Below, piece by piece: positions 1-13,000 of a DNA stretch of 64,000 nt. Each line of letters opens with the position of its first letter. The first letter of the stretch is position 1. A model generated the notes under the pieces. It did no database searches. It was not told where the DNA came from and saw only the letters and a program-made list of their open reading frames with translations. The DNA lies in assembly GCA_904063045.1 (NCBI GenBank), contig CAJFCJ010000007.1, positions 3,603,404 through 3,667,403 on the forward strand, given 5' to 3'. Source of the stretch: Dimorphilus gyrociliatus (lineage: Eukaryota; Animalia; Annelida). The translations under genes were made by a program, and so were the position numbers.

Positions 1-609
1 CATCAAATATGATTAGAAATCGATAAAAACAAAGTATATTTAGAAGTAATAATTTACAGATAATAATAATAAAATATATAAATAAAAAAGTAAGAGTAAT
101 ATGTTTGCGAGACGCACTATGGAAGTGAGAGATAACAGACCGACTTTACTTCATTAGCCAGGAAATGGCAGCCCTAAATTCTGTTATGTATCAACTATGC
201 TTTTATCAAGGGCTATTTAGTCGTAAAAAGTTCAACACAGCCAAGTTTGATTTATGAAACTTGTTCAAAGTATTTGACTATCATTTCTCTTGTCGGTTTT
301 GTCTCCTTCTTACTTTATTTTTTAATAATTAATAACGTTGATTTTCAAATATTGTTATCAATCTTGATAATCAATTTAACATAGGCTAACAAATTACACC
401 AGACCACCCAGACAACATTTTTCTACCCCTTAGAACCTTCCAAATCTAGCTTTTTTTCTGTTTTTCTTTCTTTTCTACAGTATCCGACATGTTGAACGAT
501 ATGTAAAGACATACACAGCTGCTATCATAACAGACGAACGTACGCGAGTCCCTTGTTCATACAAGTTCTGTTTAACTAAGATCGATGAGCGTTTTTCACT
601 CATTCGCCC

Positions 610-613
610 CTTT

Positions 614-650
<37 letters not shown>

Positions 651-967
651 GTGGACACCTTAAATTTCTGTTTCGGTTTCTTATTACTTATTATTCTGTA
701 AATTCTTTTCCTTATTAGATTCTTAATGTTTCCTAATTCTATATGTATAATCGACGTAATCGATTTCGTAATCCAAACATACATGTATACACAGCTTTTG
801 TTTCTAATATGTACCTATGTGAATTTAGGCCTTTGTGCCCTTTCTCATTGTGCCCTATATTATACTTTATATAGGTATATAGATTATACTTTTCGTACCC
901 ATTTTCCATTTCTATCCATTAGCAAATGCCTCTATCTGTCTCTCTCACTCTTTCGCTATTCCTCCAC

Positions 968-1005
<38 letters not shown>

Positions 1006-1050
1006 CTCCCCTCTCTTTCTCTCCCCCTCTCTCTCTCTCTCTCTCTCTCG
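610..1050. repeat. Cluster of (CT)n and (CTGT)n microsatellites, probably within a RECK intron
   Basis: (CT)n at ~610-650, (CTGT)n at ~967-1000, (CT)n at ~1025-1050; these explain the low-complexity ORFs 596..784, 726..1097 and 926..1153. Confidence 0.9.
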
Positions 1051-1265
1051 CTCTCAGTCACATACATATATACACACACGCACTACCAAATATTTAATCG
1101 CTACAAACAAGATACTTTCCAAGGCAAACATCCAAAACACGTTTAGTAGCTAGTTAAACTTTTATTATGAAAATGTAAATAATTTTTGAACAGAAAAGAA
1201 AAAGTGTATTTTTTTTTTAATAAAAAAATAATATGTCAAGTTAATTTTATACTTTTGTTTGATAG

Positions 1266-4200
1266 GCAAAATCCAGATTGAATATAGATCCCAAGTGCTT
1301 TCGCGACGAGGATTACAAGCCTTTCGAAGATTGTTTAAAAAGAGGCGAAGGTAAATTATCAGGGGTTGTATGAAAAAATAAATAAAAAAAGAGGGCTAAA
1401 TACGGAGGGAAGAAGAAATATATATATTGGGTTTTTGGGATAGTAGGTGTTTTCTTTAAGAATAATAATATAATGGACTTGGCAAATAGGATCAAAAAAA
1501 TGCTGTAATCAGAGAAGCATCCGAAGAAAATGTAAGCAGATTTGTAAGAGAACGTTCGTCACCCAATATCCGTCCGCTGAAGAACTACTGCAAGTTCAAT
1601 CGTCTTGCGAAGAGAACGTCTCCGATTGCGTCGATCGATTCTTTGTAAACGGACCAAAGCCTATCCAGAATTCGAATTGTAAGTATAAAAATAGCAGAGA
1701 GATATAATTTAGGATATGTAATGGTAGGAAGAGAAGAATAAAAAAAAAGGTGGCAAAAGAGTGAATAAATTGAGATGAGGATATAAGAAAGGCTGATGAA
1801 AGCCTATAAATAAATAATCGTTTTTTATTACCATTATTATTATTAATAATAATAATGTTTTTTATTTATTTAAGGCATTTATTTATTTAATTTTTTACGG
1901 CAGTTAGCGCCTGCTGCGATGAGGGAGAATCGGTCGAATGCCAGCTAAGTTGCAGACGAATTCTATCGACAGTTAACAATCACGAATTAGCCCTGGAAAG
2001 TATTAGTAAAAAATGCGGACCATCGAGCTTTGATGTAAGAATCCCTACCCTTCATAGATTATCTTTATCAATGCATATAAAAAAATAACACCCCTAAACT
2101 GATCAACTTTCAAAATAATATACAGAACAAACTGTGGCTTTGCTTTTATAAGAGAACGGCCAAAAGGAGAGGTTATCAATTGCCTATAGATGGCGCTTTG
2201 CTTCAATGCTGTCAAAAAGCCGAAAGTAAAGATTGCTTGAAACGATGCAGGGAGAATTACGATAAGAATTATTTTAATTTTAACGAATTCGATAGTATAT
2301 GCCTACACGGAACTGAATTGGGTAGGTGTATCGAAAACGTCGAAAGGCCCTGTAGGGGTGGGTGCAAAAAGTTAGAGTTCTGCTCAAATTTCATTGGTAG
2401 ACCCGATGAAAGTTTCCAGAATTGTTCTCCGCGTGGTGATGCGGCTGCTGAACAGATTATGAGGGAATTACTGTCCGGAGGCAATACGGGTAAACCTAAA
2501 AAGATAAACGAGGCCTATGTTAACAGTAAGTTGATATATAACGTTTTCTTTATTATTGTTTTTTCGCTCCTAACTCTATTTTTTCTTCTCCAACCCCGCC
2601 CATATAGTCCTTAAGGGATGCCCTTACGATATACAAAAAGCTACCGTGTGCGCAATGAGTATCAAACCGTGCAAAAGGTATTCACCGTCGGAGAAACTTT
2701 GTAGATACGATTGCAGGAGAATATTGCATGAATGCAGCAGTCGTTCAGGCGAAATGAACATTGAGGCAATGTGCGATCTAGTTTCGCCAACCGACCCGAA
2801 AGAACCTTGTTTTTCTGTACTTAAATATGCAAAAGAGAGTATTTTTACATCTTCTATCTCTCAATATTCAACGTTTACATCGGTCAGTCAACCCTGTTCG
2901 GAACGTACTTGTTCGGAGATTAATGAAATATGCGTATTAAATAAGAGGCATTGTAGAGATTCCAATTGCGACAAGTTTAAATGTCTGAAATCTTGCGGAG
3001 TCGGTCAATCATCAATAATTCAAGTACCTCACAAGTCGTTAGTAAGCATTCCAGATTTTAGCTCGAACAAGGATTGCTGGAGGTTATGCAGCTGTTCGAA
3101 AAACGGTCGATTAGAAGATTGTTCAGAGGCTGTATGTCCGGAAGTCGGCTTTTGTTGGTACAATGGGTCGTCAAGGCGTCACGGCGTCTCTTTTGAGGAT
3201 GATTGTAGGACGTGTGTCTGCTTCGATAAACGAGTTGTTTGTACAGGACAAACATGCCGAAATTACTGTCCCGCTCTTTATAACCCCTATTGCGCGTATA
3301 AAGTGGGTCGAAATTTCGTTAATGAATGCTATGCAAAAAAGGCCGGCTTCGGCAAAAACGAACTCAGAAGAGGACGTTGCGGAACCAAAAATCCGTGTTA
3401 TAATGCCATCTGTGAGACTGTCTATCACAGTAAGTGCATGCCTCAACGCCAAACGTGTTTAACTGAGGTCAATTGCCGTCAGCATCGTTGCGAGGTAATT
3501 GATCCAGTCACCTGCGCCCAAAGTTACAAAGACCCCGTTTGCGATACCAACCAACGCCAACACAATAACATATGCCGGATGTGGGAAAAGAAGGCAAAAT
3601 TATCGCATTTTGGCTCCTGTCACAGGCAATGCATGTCCAACGGAACTGTCTGCGGACAGAATGGGGAAACCTATCCGAGCGAATGCTTAGCCTGGTCTTT
3701 CGGAGTAGCCGTTGATTATCAGGGTAGCTGTCGTGTGATACCTTTTACAGTGGAGGACACCGGAAAGGACCGTTGCGTCGATGTCAGATGCCAGATAACT
3801 GATTGGAAAAATTTTTGCCAACCGATAACACTGCCGGGTTTGTGTTGCCCCGTCTGCGGTGGAACGATAACAGCTATCTATAGTCCAACTGCGGCCGATA
3901 AGGTCGCCCAGGTCAGCGGTTCATACCTGTCAACTTTTAACCTAACACAGATCCTACGTAATCAATTAACTGTAGACGAATGCGAGTTATTCACCTATAT
4001 CAGCCAGGATAATCGCCTTGTATTTACGGTCCTACCAGTTGCTCGACCTTTAACAGCCCTCAGGGCTAAGGCTTGCGTAGGTCAGGCTGTAATGATCGGC
4101 AGTATGCTATCCTCCCGCCATCCTGCATTATATTCCTACGCCGCTATTTCAATTATCATACAAGCGGAGACAAAAACTGCTCAAGTATTCGAATCTGGTC

Positions 4201-4286
4201 AGGCAAATGCACAGTCTGATAAATATCTCCTAGCACTTACAATCATCCTTATAAATAGCCTCTTCACTGTTCAAACAGTATTCTAA
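1266..4286 (+). CDS. RECK: RECK, GPI-anchored cysteine-rich protein with Kazal motifs; 5'-partial, 5 exons: 1266-1350, 1490-1678, 1904-2034, 2126-2489, 2608-4286 (815 aa visible)
   Basis: Spliced translation gives successive CC domains (SKKCCNQRSIRRKCKQIC, SACCDEGESVECQLSCRRIL, DGALLQCCQKAESKDC), the FCSNFIGRPDESFQNC and SIKPC motifs, Kazal-like modules (VCGQNGETYPSEC..AVDYQGSC) and a hydrophobic GPI-type C-terminus. All introns are GT-AG and phase-consistent. Signal peptide and first CC domain were not found in 1-1265 and are presumably upstream of the window. Confidence 0.93.
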
Positions 4287-5002
4287 ATTGAACAAACTTT
4301 TTATTCAATACAAACTAATACATTTGTTCTTTTTTATACTTTGTTCATTTACTGTTTTTTTTTTGGTTTGTTTTTAACCATTTCCAAAGGTGCATATTGT
4401 TGTTTTTTTTTTTGTTGTATATCTTCAATTCTTAACTTAAATGAAACTCTTTTTCTTTTTCAAAACGAAAGTACAATACAAACTTTAACTATCTCTTTTC
4501 TCTTTTATACATACTGTATATAGTATATATACACATTGAATAAGACAAAATACATTGCATAATATTAATAATAAACTGTATTACAAACTTTCTTTATCTA
4601 TTTGTCTTTCTCTATAATTGAATTTTTTATATTGTATGCACTATTATACGCCTTGTTCCCTCAATCATCTCGGATGGAAAGTTATTTTTAGACTTCTCTC
4701 TTCATTCGTTTCCTTCATTCAATTTATTTTTTGAATATTCATTGACAAAACAGATTTTTGTTGATTGTTATAGCAGAATGATTACCAACACCTTGATTAT
4801 TTTTGTTTTAATAGTCTCTAAATAGGAGTTAAATACCCGTATTAACATTATTACGTAATATTTATCTTGTGTTATCGCTAGTCCTTTATTTTTTTTTATC
4901 TTAATTGGTATTTTCTCTTAATTAATTATATTTTAAACATAATAGTTTCTTTCCGACTATAGAGGTATATAGCATGAATACGGTAACCTCTTTCATTGGT
5001 AA

Positions 5003-5018
5003 CAGCGACATCTATCGG
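5003..5018 (-). promoter_or_regulatory. CTCF-like motif (CCGATAGATGTCGCTG on - strand)
   Basis: Resembles the CTCF core CCASYAGRKGGCRS; lies between RECK and the carotenoid oxygenase gene. Motif match only. Confidence 0.4.
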
Positions 5019-7862
5019 TGAAAAAAACCACTTTTTTATATCTTTGAATATAAGATAAAAAATATTTAATAGTATCATCTCAACCTCTTGAAAAACTATT
5101 TAAATAAGATAAAATAATTTATAATTACGCTTCGATATAGAAGGTTAATAAGTACATATTCATATAGAAGATAGTTGGAAAAAAAGATGGCAATAAACAG
5201 GCCTATACTGTATACCTTGAATAAAGAATAGCTTGTCAAAAGAAAGAGTTATATGGCGTCTAACGTGGAAAAGGTCACCTTTGATTTGTTTGGTTTGGTT
5301 ATTTGTATTGCTCGGTTGTGTTATTGACACTAAACCATCGAGACTTGGAAGATTGTGTAGAGACTGTTAATTGAGATAGTCGACAAATTAATTCTATCTA
5401 GTGTTTTTTTTTATAGATTATTAACAGAATATGATAATATATTAATATCGTATGCAATAGTAATAGATCTATAATAGGTTACTCAACAAAATGAAATGTG
5501 CTATAACAATTACAAAATTATTTATTTTAACTAATTGAAATATATTTTTTTTTCCCTTTTCCTTTCATTTACACAAAAGGAGAGAGTAGTTTATCATAAA
5601 TACCCCATTGAATAGGCCTGCAATAAAGAGAATTACAATTTTAATTATTAATAAATAGTATAAAGATAACCATTTAGCTGTGTTATTTTATGTTTATTAT
5701 TTAGAAGGTGTAATGATCAATATAGATTTCAAAAACTAAATAATAGTTGTATTAATAAATATATATATATATACAGTATATACATCATATTGTATTATTC
5801 ATAGATTGTAGGTGTGTATATATGTGTTTATAGGTTTAATTCAAATAGAGTTACATACATATCTGTATTTTTTTTATCTAAATTATATTATTACTATTGT
5901 CCAATAAACCATTCATGCTAATTTCCATTCAAACTAATTAATTATAGTTATTTATTTTTAGCGGAAAACTTTTTCCATCTAGTTTGTCAGTATTTTTTTA
6001 ATTTTATATTAATAGGATTACTATTAGCATTCTTATAATTCTAGCCTTAAGAATTTTTTGTGAGGTAATAACGAAATACAGCACATATAAATGACTAAAG
6101 CTTTTCACTATTAGCTAATGATTTTTTAAATTGCGAATCCTAGTTTTTTTTCTTTTTTAGACAATGTCAAATAGCGAACAATATATTAATTTAATTACTT
6201 CAATTGTTCTTTTTTTTTGTTTAATACTGTAGTTGCCGGTTTGTCTTTCTTTAAACTTTCGTTCTTCGATATGCAGCACATTTACCGTAGGAGGTATTAA
6301 ACATTTTATATTTATATATGAATAAATTTTTTTCGTTTGTATTCTATTTATCATGCCTTTGTTTTTTTATGTTTGCCTTTATACATAAAATGTTTGTCTT
6401 TTGATAGAAGTAGAGATTGAACGAAAATTTACATTATTCAACTTTTATAAGTTTAAATTCTAATCACCAGTTGAAAAGATTTTCTCTTAATAGTTTCTGT
6501 TATTCTAATACGAATTCTGTGTTCGGTCATACGTTTTTCTTTATATAAATTCATCCAATTGGAAATAAAATTGGACTTTTTTTTTCCCTGCAAATTCTTC
6601 AAATAAAGACAGAGAGAGAGGAGGGGAGTGAGAGAGAGGAGGGAAGATATACTGTATATATATATATATATATATATTTCAACGAAATTTTCAAGTTGTT
6701 TTTCTTTCTTCGACTCGACTTCTTCTCTTCCTCCTCTCCATATAATGATGTCAAAACGACTTAATAAGACGAAAGATAATTATTGATATGGATATAATCA
6801 AGTAAAGATGGTTATTATAGAACATTTAATGTTCCTATGGTATATACAACATAGTATAATTGTACCATTAGCACAATTTAAATAGACCTATTTACTATTT
6901 TAATTAATATTATTGCAACCGTTAATTATTGTTCTGACGTAGGAATATAACAACAAAAAAAAAGATAAAAAAAAAAAGTCAAAGGTGTTGTACAACTACT
7001 TTTCCATTCAATCTAAAAAACTTTCTTTCATTATTCATTATAAATTTGATAGTAACAAAATTCTATCCGGCAAAATGACTTGTACAAACCAACGATAATT
7101 GGTATGTCATAAGTTTTACAAACTACTCGAGTAGTTCATTCTATTTATTAATGTATTAGTTTCTTTTCTTTAATTGTATGAAAAATATATTTAGGAGAAT
7201 TGAAAAAGCATTATATAGCCTATACTACTGTAGAAATTAACTTGATGATTGTTAAATAGTACATGTTTAAAGACCAAACCAATTATATCAGTATATCTGA
7301 ATTATCAGTTAATACGTTTTATTAAAGCCTCTTATAATTTTTTTTACAATAGATTAAATGAATATAATCCAAAAAACGATCTATATACACACTATGTCTG
7401 CATATGAAATATCAATACACTCTACAGTACAACATCTATAAATGTATAGATAGTAAATACTCATATACATTTCCTTTTTATTGTACTTTTTTTTTACAGC
7501 TGCATACGTATAGGCTTAAAACGACCAGAATATGACCTTTGTTCTTCTAATTAACAGATTTCAGTTCTTTTATTCTATTAACAATAATAAATCAGTAAGA
7601 ATAAAATTATTACTATTACACGGCAGCCTAGTTATCTTGAGTTTTCAGTATGGTTTTAAAACTTAAAGCCTATGTATATATTAATCCAAAATCATAATAA
7701 TATGGGTGGGTGGTTGATTAGCTTCAACTGTTTTAATTTATGCAAAAAATATGTCATTAATACACTTATAAGCGGTAATAATATTTTAACACGTCAACGT
7801 TAAAATCGAATAAAAGGGATAGGAGGCAATGAAATCTCTTACCTATTTAGTTTATCATCAAA

Positions 7863-9401
7863 ATGTTGAGATTATTATGTTATTATTTTGGTTTATTTTC
7901 TTCAACTCTTCTGTGCGATCCATTTAATTTATGGTTTACGACGAATGATAAAACGTTTCATAATTATGAATTGGAGAGAGTAAAAGGTTTACCGAAATGG
8001 CTAAATGGAACCTACGTTAGAAATGGTCCTGGTAAATTTGAGTATAGTCGTAGAAAATTCGTCCACGCTTTTGACGGTTATGCAAAACTAATGACAATTT
8101 CTATAAGATCTGGAGGAAGTTTGAAATTTTCAACAAGCTTTGTCAAAACTTATTTCTATCGTCATTCTCAAAGAATTGGAGACATAGCCCCTTATCTATT
8201 ATTCGACTATACAACGCCAAAATTTAACAGATTTGACAGACTTCAACAGTTGTTACACGGAATCGACAATGTTAATGTTAACATTCATGCTTGGAAAAAT
8301 GATAGGAATGGAACGTCTTATGTGGCAGTTTCAGATTTTTGGCAAGTCTACGAAATTGATATGACAACACTCGGAACCTTAAAGAGAATAAATGCAAAAA
8401 TTCCTGGTATCGATAATCCATTATATGATTTTATTCCACTTCCGGCAACGTCCCATCCTCTACAAGAAATTGGAACTAATAATTTTATAACTTTCTTATC
8501 GTTGTTTAGCCTTTTTCCCGGTTTGGACAGCAGAATTCAAATAATTCGTATTAAAAGTGTTGAAAAAAGAGAATTAATTTCTTCAATTTCAACTAGTAGA
8601 CTTCCTTATATGCATTCTTTCGCTTTAACAAAATCTTGGGTTATATTATTAGGTCATCCACTTTTCATAAATAAGTTGAAAATTTTAAAGACATCTATTC
8701 CTTTAAAATCAATTGACTGGCGACCGGAATTTGGGACGGAAATCTTTCTAGTTCACTTACCAACTGGAACAATTAGGAGGATGAGGATAGTCAAAGCTGT
8801 CTTCGCGACACATTTCATAAACGCCTATGAAGAAAGCGGTGACATTGTTGCTGATTTTATTACTTATGATAATCCAAAACTCTTTGATATTCTCCTCCTA
8901 AGCATAATACTTGATCCGGTTCAACGGAAAAGTATCTTTGTTAAACCAGTGGTGATGAGATTTCGAATAAATTTAAGAAGAAATACAGTCAATATCCATC
9001 AAATAGGCGATGTAAATTTTGACTTTCCCATAATCAATAAGGATTTTGAAAAGAATTACTATTGTTTTGCATATGGATTAACATTAGATTGGATGAATTC
9101 GACGGCTTCACCGTCTGATTGGGCTGGAATTGGAAAGAATGACTTGTGCGGAAAAGGTCGAAGTATAACTTGGTCCCGTAGATATCATCTTCCGTCTGAA
9201 GTTTGGTTTGAACGAAGACCAGGCTCTGTTTATGAAGACGATGGCGTTCTGATGAGCGTCATTCTTGATACTATACGTCGTACAAGCTATCTGGCTATCT
9301 TAGACGCTAGAACTCTACTTCTTCTGCACGCTATTGATTTTCCCACCTATGTGCCATTCACAATGCACGGAAAATTTTTTTCGCACAAATTTTTTAATTA
9401 G
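7863..9401 (+). CDS. Carotenoid oxygenase family (RPE65/BCO/NinaB-like) protein, intronless, 512 aa
   Basis: Family motifs LPKWLNGTYVRNGPG, HAFDGYA, EDDGVLMSV, PFTMHGKF; four iron-ligand histidines present (TSHP, YMHSF, ATHFINAYE, TMHG). Confidence 0.93.
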   Translation: MLRLLCYYFGLFSSTLLCDPFNLWFTTNDKTFHNYELERVKGLPKWLNGTYVRNGPGKFEYSRRKFVHAFDGYAKLMTISIRSGGSLKFSTSFVKTYFYRHSQRIGDIAPYLLFDYTTPKFNRFDRLQQLLHGIDNVNVNIHAWKNDRNGTSYVAVSDFWQVYEIDMTTLGTLKRINAKIPGIDNPLYDFIPLPATSHPLQEIGTNNFITFLSLFSLFPGLDSRIQIIRIKSVEKRELISSISTSRLPYMHSFALTKSWVILLGHPLFINKLKILKTSIPLKSIDWRPEFGTEIFLVHLPTGTIRRMRIVKAVFATHFINAYEESGDIVADFITYDNPKLFDILLLSIILDPVQRKSIFVKPVVMRFRINLRRNTVNIHQIGDVNFDFPIINKDFEKNYYCFAYGLTLDWMNSTASPSDWAGIGKNDLCGKGRSITWSRRYHLPSEVWFERRPGSVYEDDGVLMSVILDTIRRTSYLAILDARTLLLLHAIDFPTYVPFTMHGKFFSHKFFN

Positions 9402-10024
9402 ACCTTCTTTTATCTATTACGTAATACGCCTTTAACTGTAATTCTTCAAACGTTCGATAATTTAAAATTTTAAAGATACCGGCGTGTCCGCATTTAATAT
9501 TAATTTCTTTAAAAAATATTGTAATCATAAATTTCCCTAGGCACTTTAGAACAAAATTAGTATATTTTAGAAAAAAATTGATGAAAATAAATATAAAAAA
9601 AATGAAAAGAACATTCCACCAATCAGCTATCTCTAAAGGCGTTCGGTGCGAACCGTGTATAAATTTGAAGATGGCCGACTGATTAAAATATTCAATATTT
9701 CTTCTTCGACTTTTCGCTCTCTCTGTCTTTATTAAAAAATCTTGCAACATATATTATAAATTAATGAATTTCTTGAATTTCGTTTGATGTAGCTTGAGAA
9801 GCAAAGCTACGTCTCTTCAACTCGGTAAGTTATCTCGAGATTGCTTATATTTCTCATATTAAATTTAACGTTGTTTAATATTCGTATTTGAACGGTAAAA
9901 ATGCAATAATTTATCAAGTTATTATTCTTGTGATGCACACGCTGAATCAATAAAAATCTATTCTGGATTATAATAATAAAAGTTTGTAAATATTGCACGC
10001 AGCAATGGAAGGGGTGGAACAGTG

Positions 10025-13000
10025 ATGGATTCACCGAGAAACTCGACTTCCCGTTTGGTCAACGTACCGAAAATCGACGGCGGATTTGGCTTCACTTTAC
10101 GCCACTTCGTCGTTTATCCTCAGGTAAACGACCGTCAGCCAACGGCCGGCCTAATTACGCTGTTATTATACGCGGATCATGTGACGCGTAAAGGGTTTAT
10201 TTTGTGTGAAACCGAAGCTAAATTACGTTAGACGAACGCCGCGCGTTCGAGACAAACTAGCTTGTTGTTTTTTTTCTTTCTCATCGTAAACAATTAGTTC
10301 ATTTCCTTTTGATGCGGCTCACAATTTATAACCTTCATTCTGCACCTGCCGCTTCTAAGGGGAAAAAAGGAAATAATGCTTGTTGTCGTTGGTTTTTTAA
10401 TCGGACTAAAATACTACTTAGAAACTCTTTCGAAATGCATTTTGCCTGCATCAGTCGATAAAAAGAAAGAAAAGGGCAAATTCAGAAACAAGTGAATTGT
10501 GCTAGTGACAGTCTAATTGCTTGCCACTGGCAAATTTTCTCTTAAATAGGCATCATTTTCCTCCGACGTTGTTTGTCTGTATTTATTAACTTTCCGTACT
10601 TCTTTTCTGTTGTATATATTTTTCCTGGAGAGAATTACTTACGGTAACCTACTCAATTATCTATTCCAGGATGAACAGCAGAGTTCCTCAGAAATAGACG
10701 GTAAGTTCGCTTTTAATTTTTTTCATCAGAATATATACCATGTAAATTCAAATCTATCTAAAAAAAAATCATCTTGAAATCTATAATCTCTAACACTTAC
10801 TGATTCGTGTTTACTATTCTATTATAAAAATATAAGAATTATATTGGGCTCGAATTTGTCTAACTTATCACTCTTGAGAGGTAGTATCGGAACTCGAGTT
10901 GTATGAGCCTATATATAATAAATTGGTTTTTGAGCCTTTAAAAAAAGTTAATCTGAAGAATTTCTTTCCTATTTTGTGCTGTCTTTATAATTGAAAACTA
11001 GAAAAGAGTACTACCAATACTACAACTACTACTACTACTAGTAGTAGTAGTCGTAGTAGCTGTAGTAGTTGTTGTAGTAGTATTTAAAAGCGTGAATAGA
11101 ACGTTTGCAGGTATATGATATATTGGAATAATCAAGTTGGAGAGCAACTGATAATATTTTATAAGAAGTTAACCTACACTACAAATTAATCATTTGAAAA
11201 TCTCTGTCTCAAATTGCAAAAATATACTCTTACACTTACTAGCACACGACTACAAGTACATTTTCTTTTAAAGAAAACAATTTATTGTTTATAATAACTC
11301 ACAACTGTAAACTTAGACGTATCGATTTACGTAACTAGTTGGAGTACCTAGATAGAAACTGCTGTAAAGTACCGAGTGTAAAAAAATTGTACTTTTTTAC
11401 AGATCCGTCGTGCAGTTCTCCGGCCTCTTCGTTACGTTCTGCTCCCTCTGCGGGCGGTTGGGAAGCGATGGATACTATATTTGTGAAGGAAGTGAGAAGA
11501 AGTGGCGCAGCGGAAAAAGCCGGTTTGCACCAGGGTGACCAAATCGTAGCTGTAAATGGAAAACCCGTGTCGGGGCTAACTTACACGCAAGTCGTAACGC
11601 TTATACAATCTAGGTAAGTTAAGGGTCTATTCGTCAGTGCTCCTATCATTATTGCATATCGCACTTCCGCTATTGTATATCTTATTGTTGGAGATAAGAA
11701 AATTTAGTTTCTATTGACCAACGTACTTATTAAGGCCTTTTGATGTAAGCATAAAAAACTATCGAGAACTTATTAGTGTTTTATTTGATGAAGATTCACA
11801 ATGTTACCTGTTGCACTGGCGACATTCAAAATTGGCTCATTTTTTCACAACAGATACCGGCATATATTGTATGATAATTTAGGAGTTGATGTGATTTTTA
11901 GCATGATGAATTCAATACAATTTTCTGAAATTTTTCAGTGAGAATCAAGTTGATCTAGTCGTTTTACCCCGAGAACATGACGAACTGCAAATGGCGTATA
12001 AAGATTCAGCATATGAACCGGCTGCTGGCGAACCCTATAAGGGTCCACCTCAAGGCATACCTACGCCACCGATTCCTAGTCGTAATGTCACTTCTCGTAC
12101 ACCGTCGTCTTCTAGTGTTGCCAGTGCTTCATCTAGCGAAGAAAGGCTAGTCAATCGACGCGGTTCGGGCGAGGATAAGCCAAAAACGGCTCGTTTACAA
12201 ACACCACCGTACGCCCATCATCCGCCGTACACTCGTTCCTTGACCACTTCACAACTTCCCGTACCTCCACCCACTTTCTCATCCGTCACTGCCCAGTCCG
12301 TCCCCGACATGCATCGACAACGTTCGATTACTGACAGAATGAAGCCCTACGACAGTGTCGACGAGAGTTCATCTTCTCAAAATAAACAAGAACGCCTCCT
12401 AAAATGTGGCGAAAGCGTCGCTACTCGAACGGCTAAATTCGAGAAGTTCACCTCCAAGTCTTCTCCCAAACCGGAAACTGTCCCATTTTATTTTAAAGAC
12501 GGTGATCAGCCAAAAGGCTCTTCTCACCGTCGTCCCCATCGGCCGGCAATTCGGCAGACTTCCTACCTGAATGCGATCAATTCGCCTAATCGAAACTGTA
12601 AGTATATTTCCTAAGCACGTAGACTATATATTTTTTCCATGTTGGCTAATTTTATTTTTTATGCGTCGCTTGCTTCTATTACTACCGATACGAGCATGTC
12701 GGCTATATGTTTTATTTGTGTTCTTTGCTATTGTTGTAGAATGAATAGATTAAGAAGGCTGGTAAGTCTATTCCATGATTTCTTTTTTGCTGCCTATGTA
12801 ATAAGGTAGAATGAGTAGGCTCTCGAAGCCTCTTCGTCCCCAGACTTTTGATACCAATCACTCGCTGCTTTACTTAATCTGTTCACTTCTCTTCGTTTTT
12901 TTTTAATTTAATATTTTTACTATTTTAAATGGTGAGGGACTTTTTAACTTTATTATTATTTATTTCACTGTTAATAACTTTCAGTATACATATATTTTTA

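Noticed and set aside
481-610. Acceptor-like site followed by GC-richer sequence, considered as a missing RECK 5' exon
   Set aside because: None of the three frames gives a RECK CC motif or signal peptide; two frames stop early and there is no clear donor.
596-1153. ORFs 596..784, 726..1097, 926..1153
   Set aside because: Open because of CT/CTGT microsatellites.
7533-7545. TGACCTTTGTTCT, an HNF4/DR1-like element upstream of the carotenoid oxygenase
   Set aside because: Single degenerate motif; TSS unknown.
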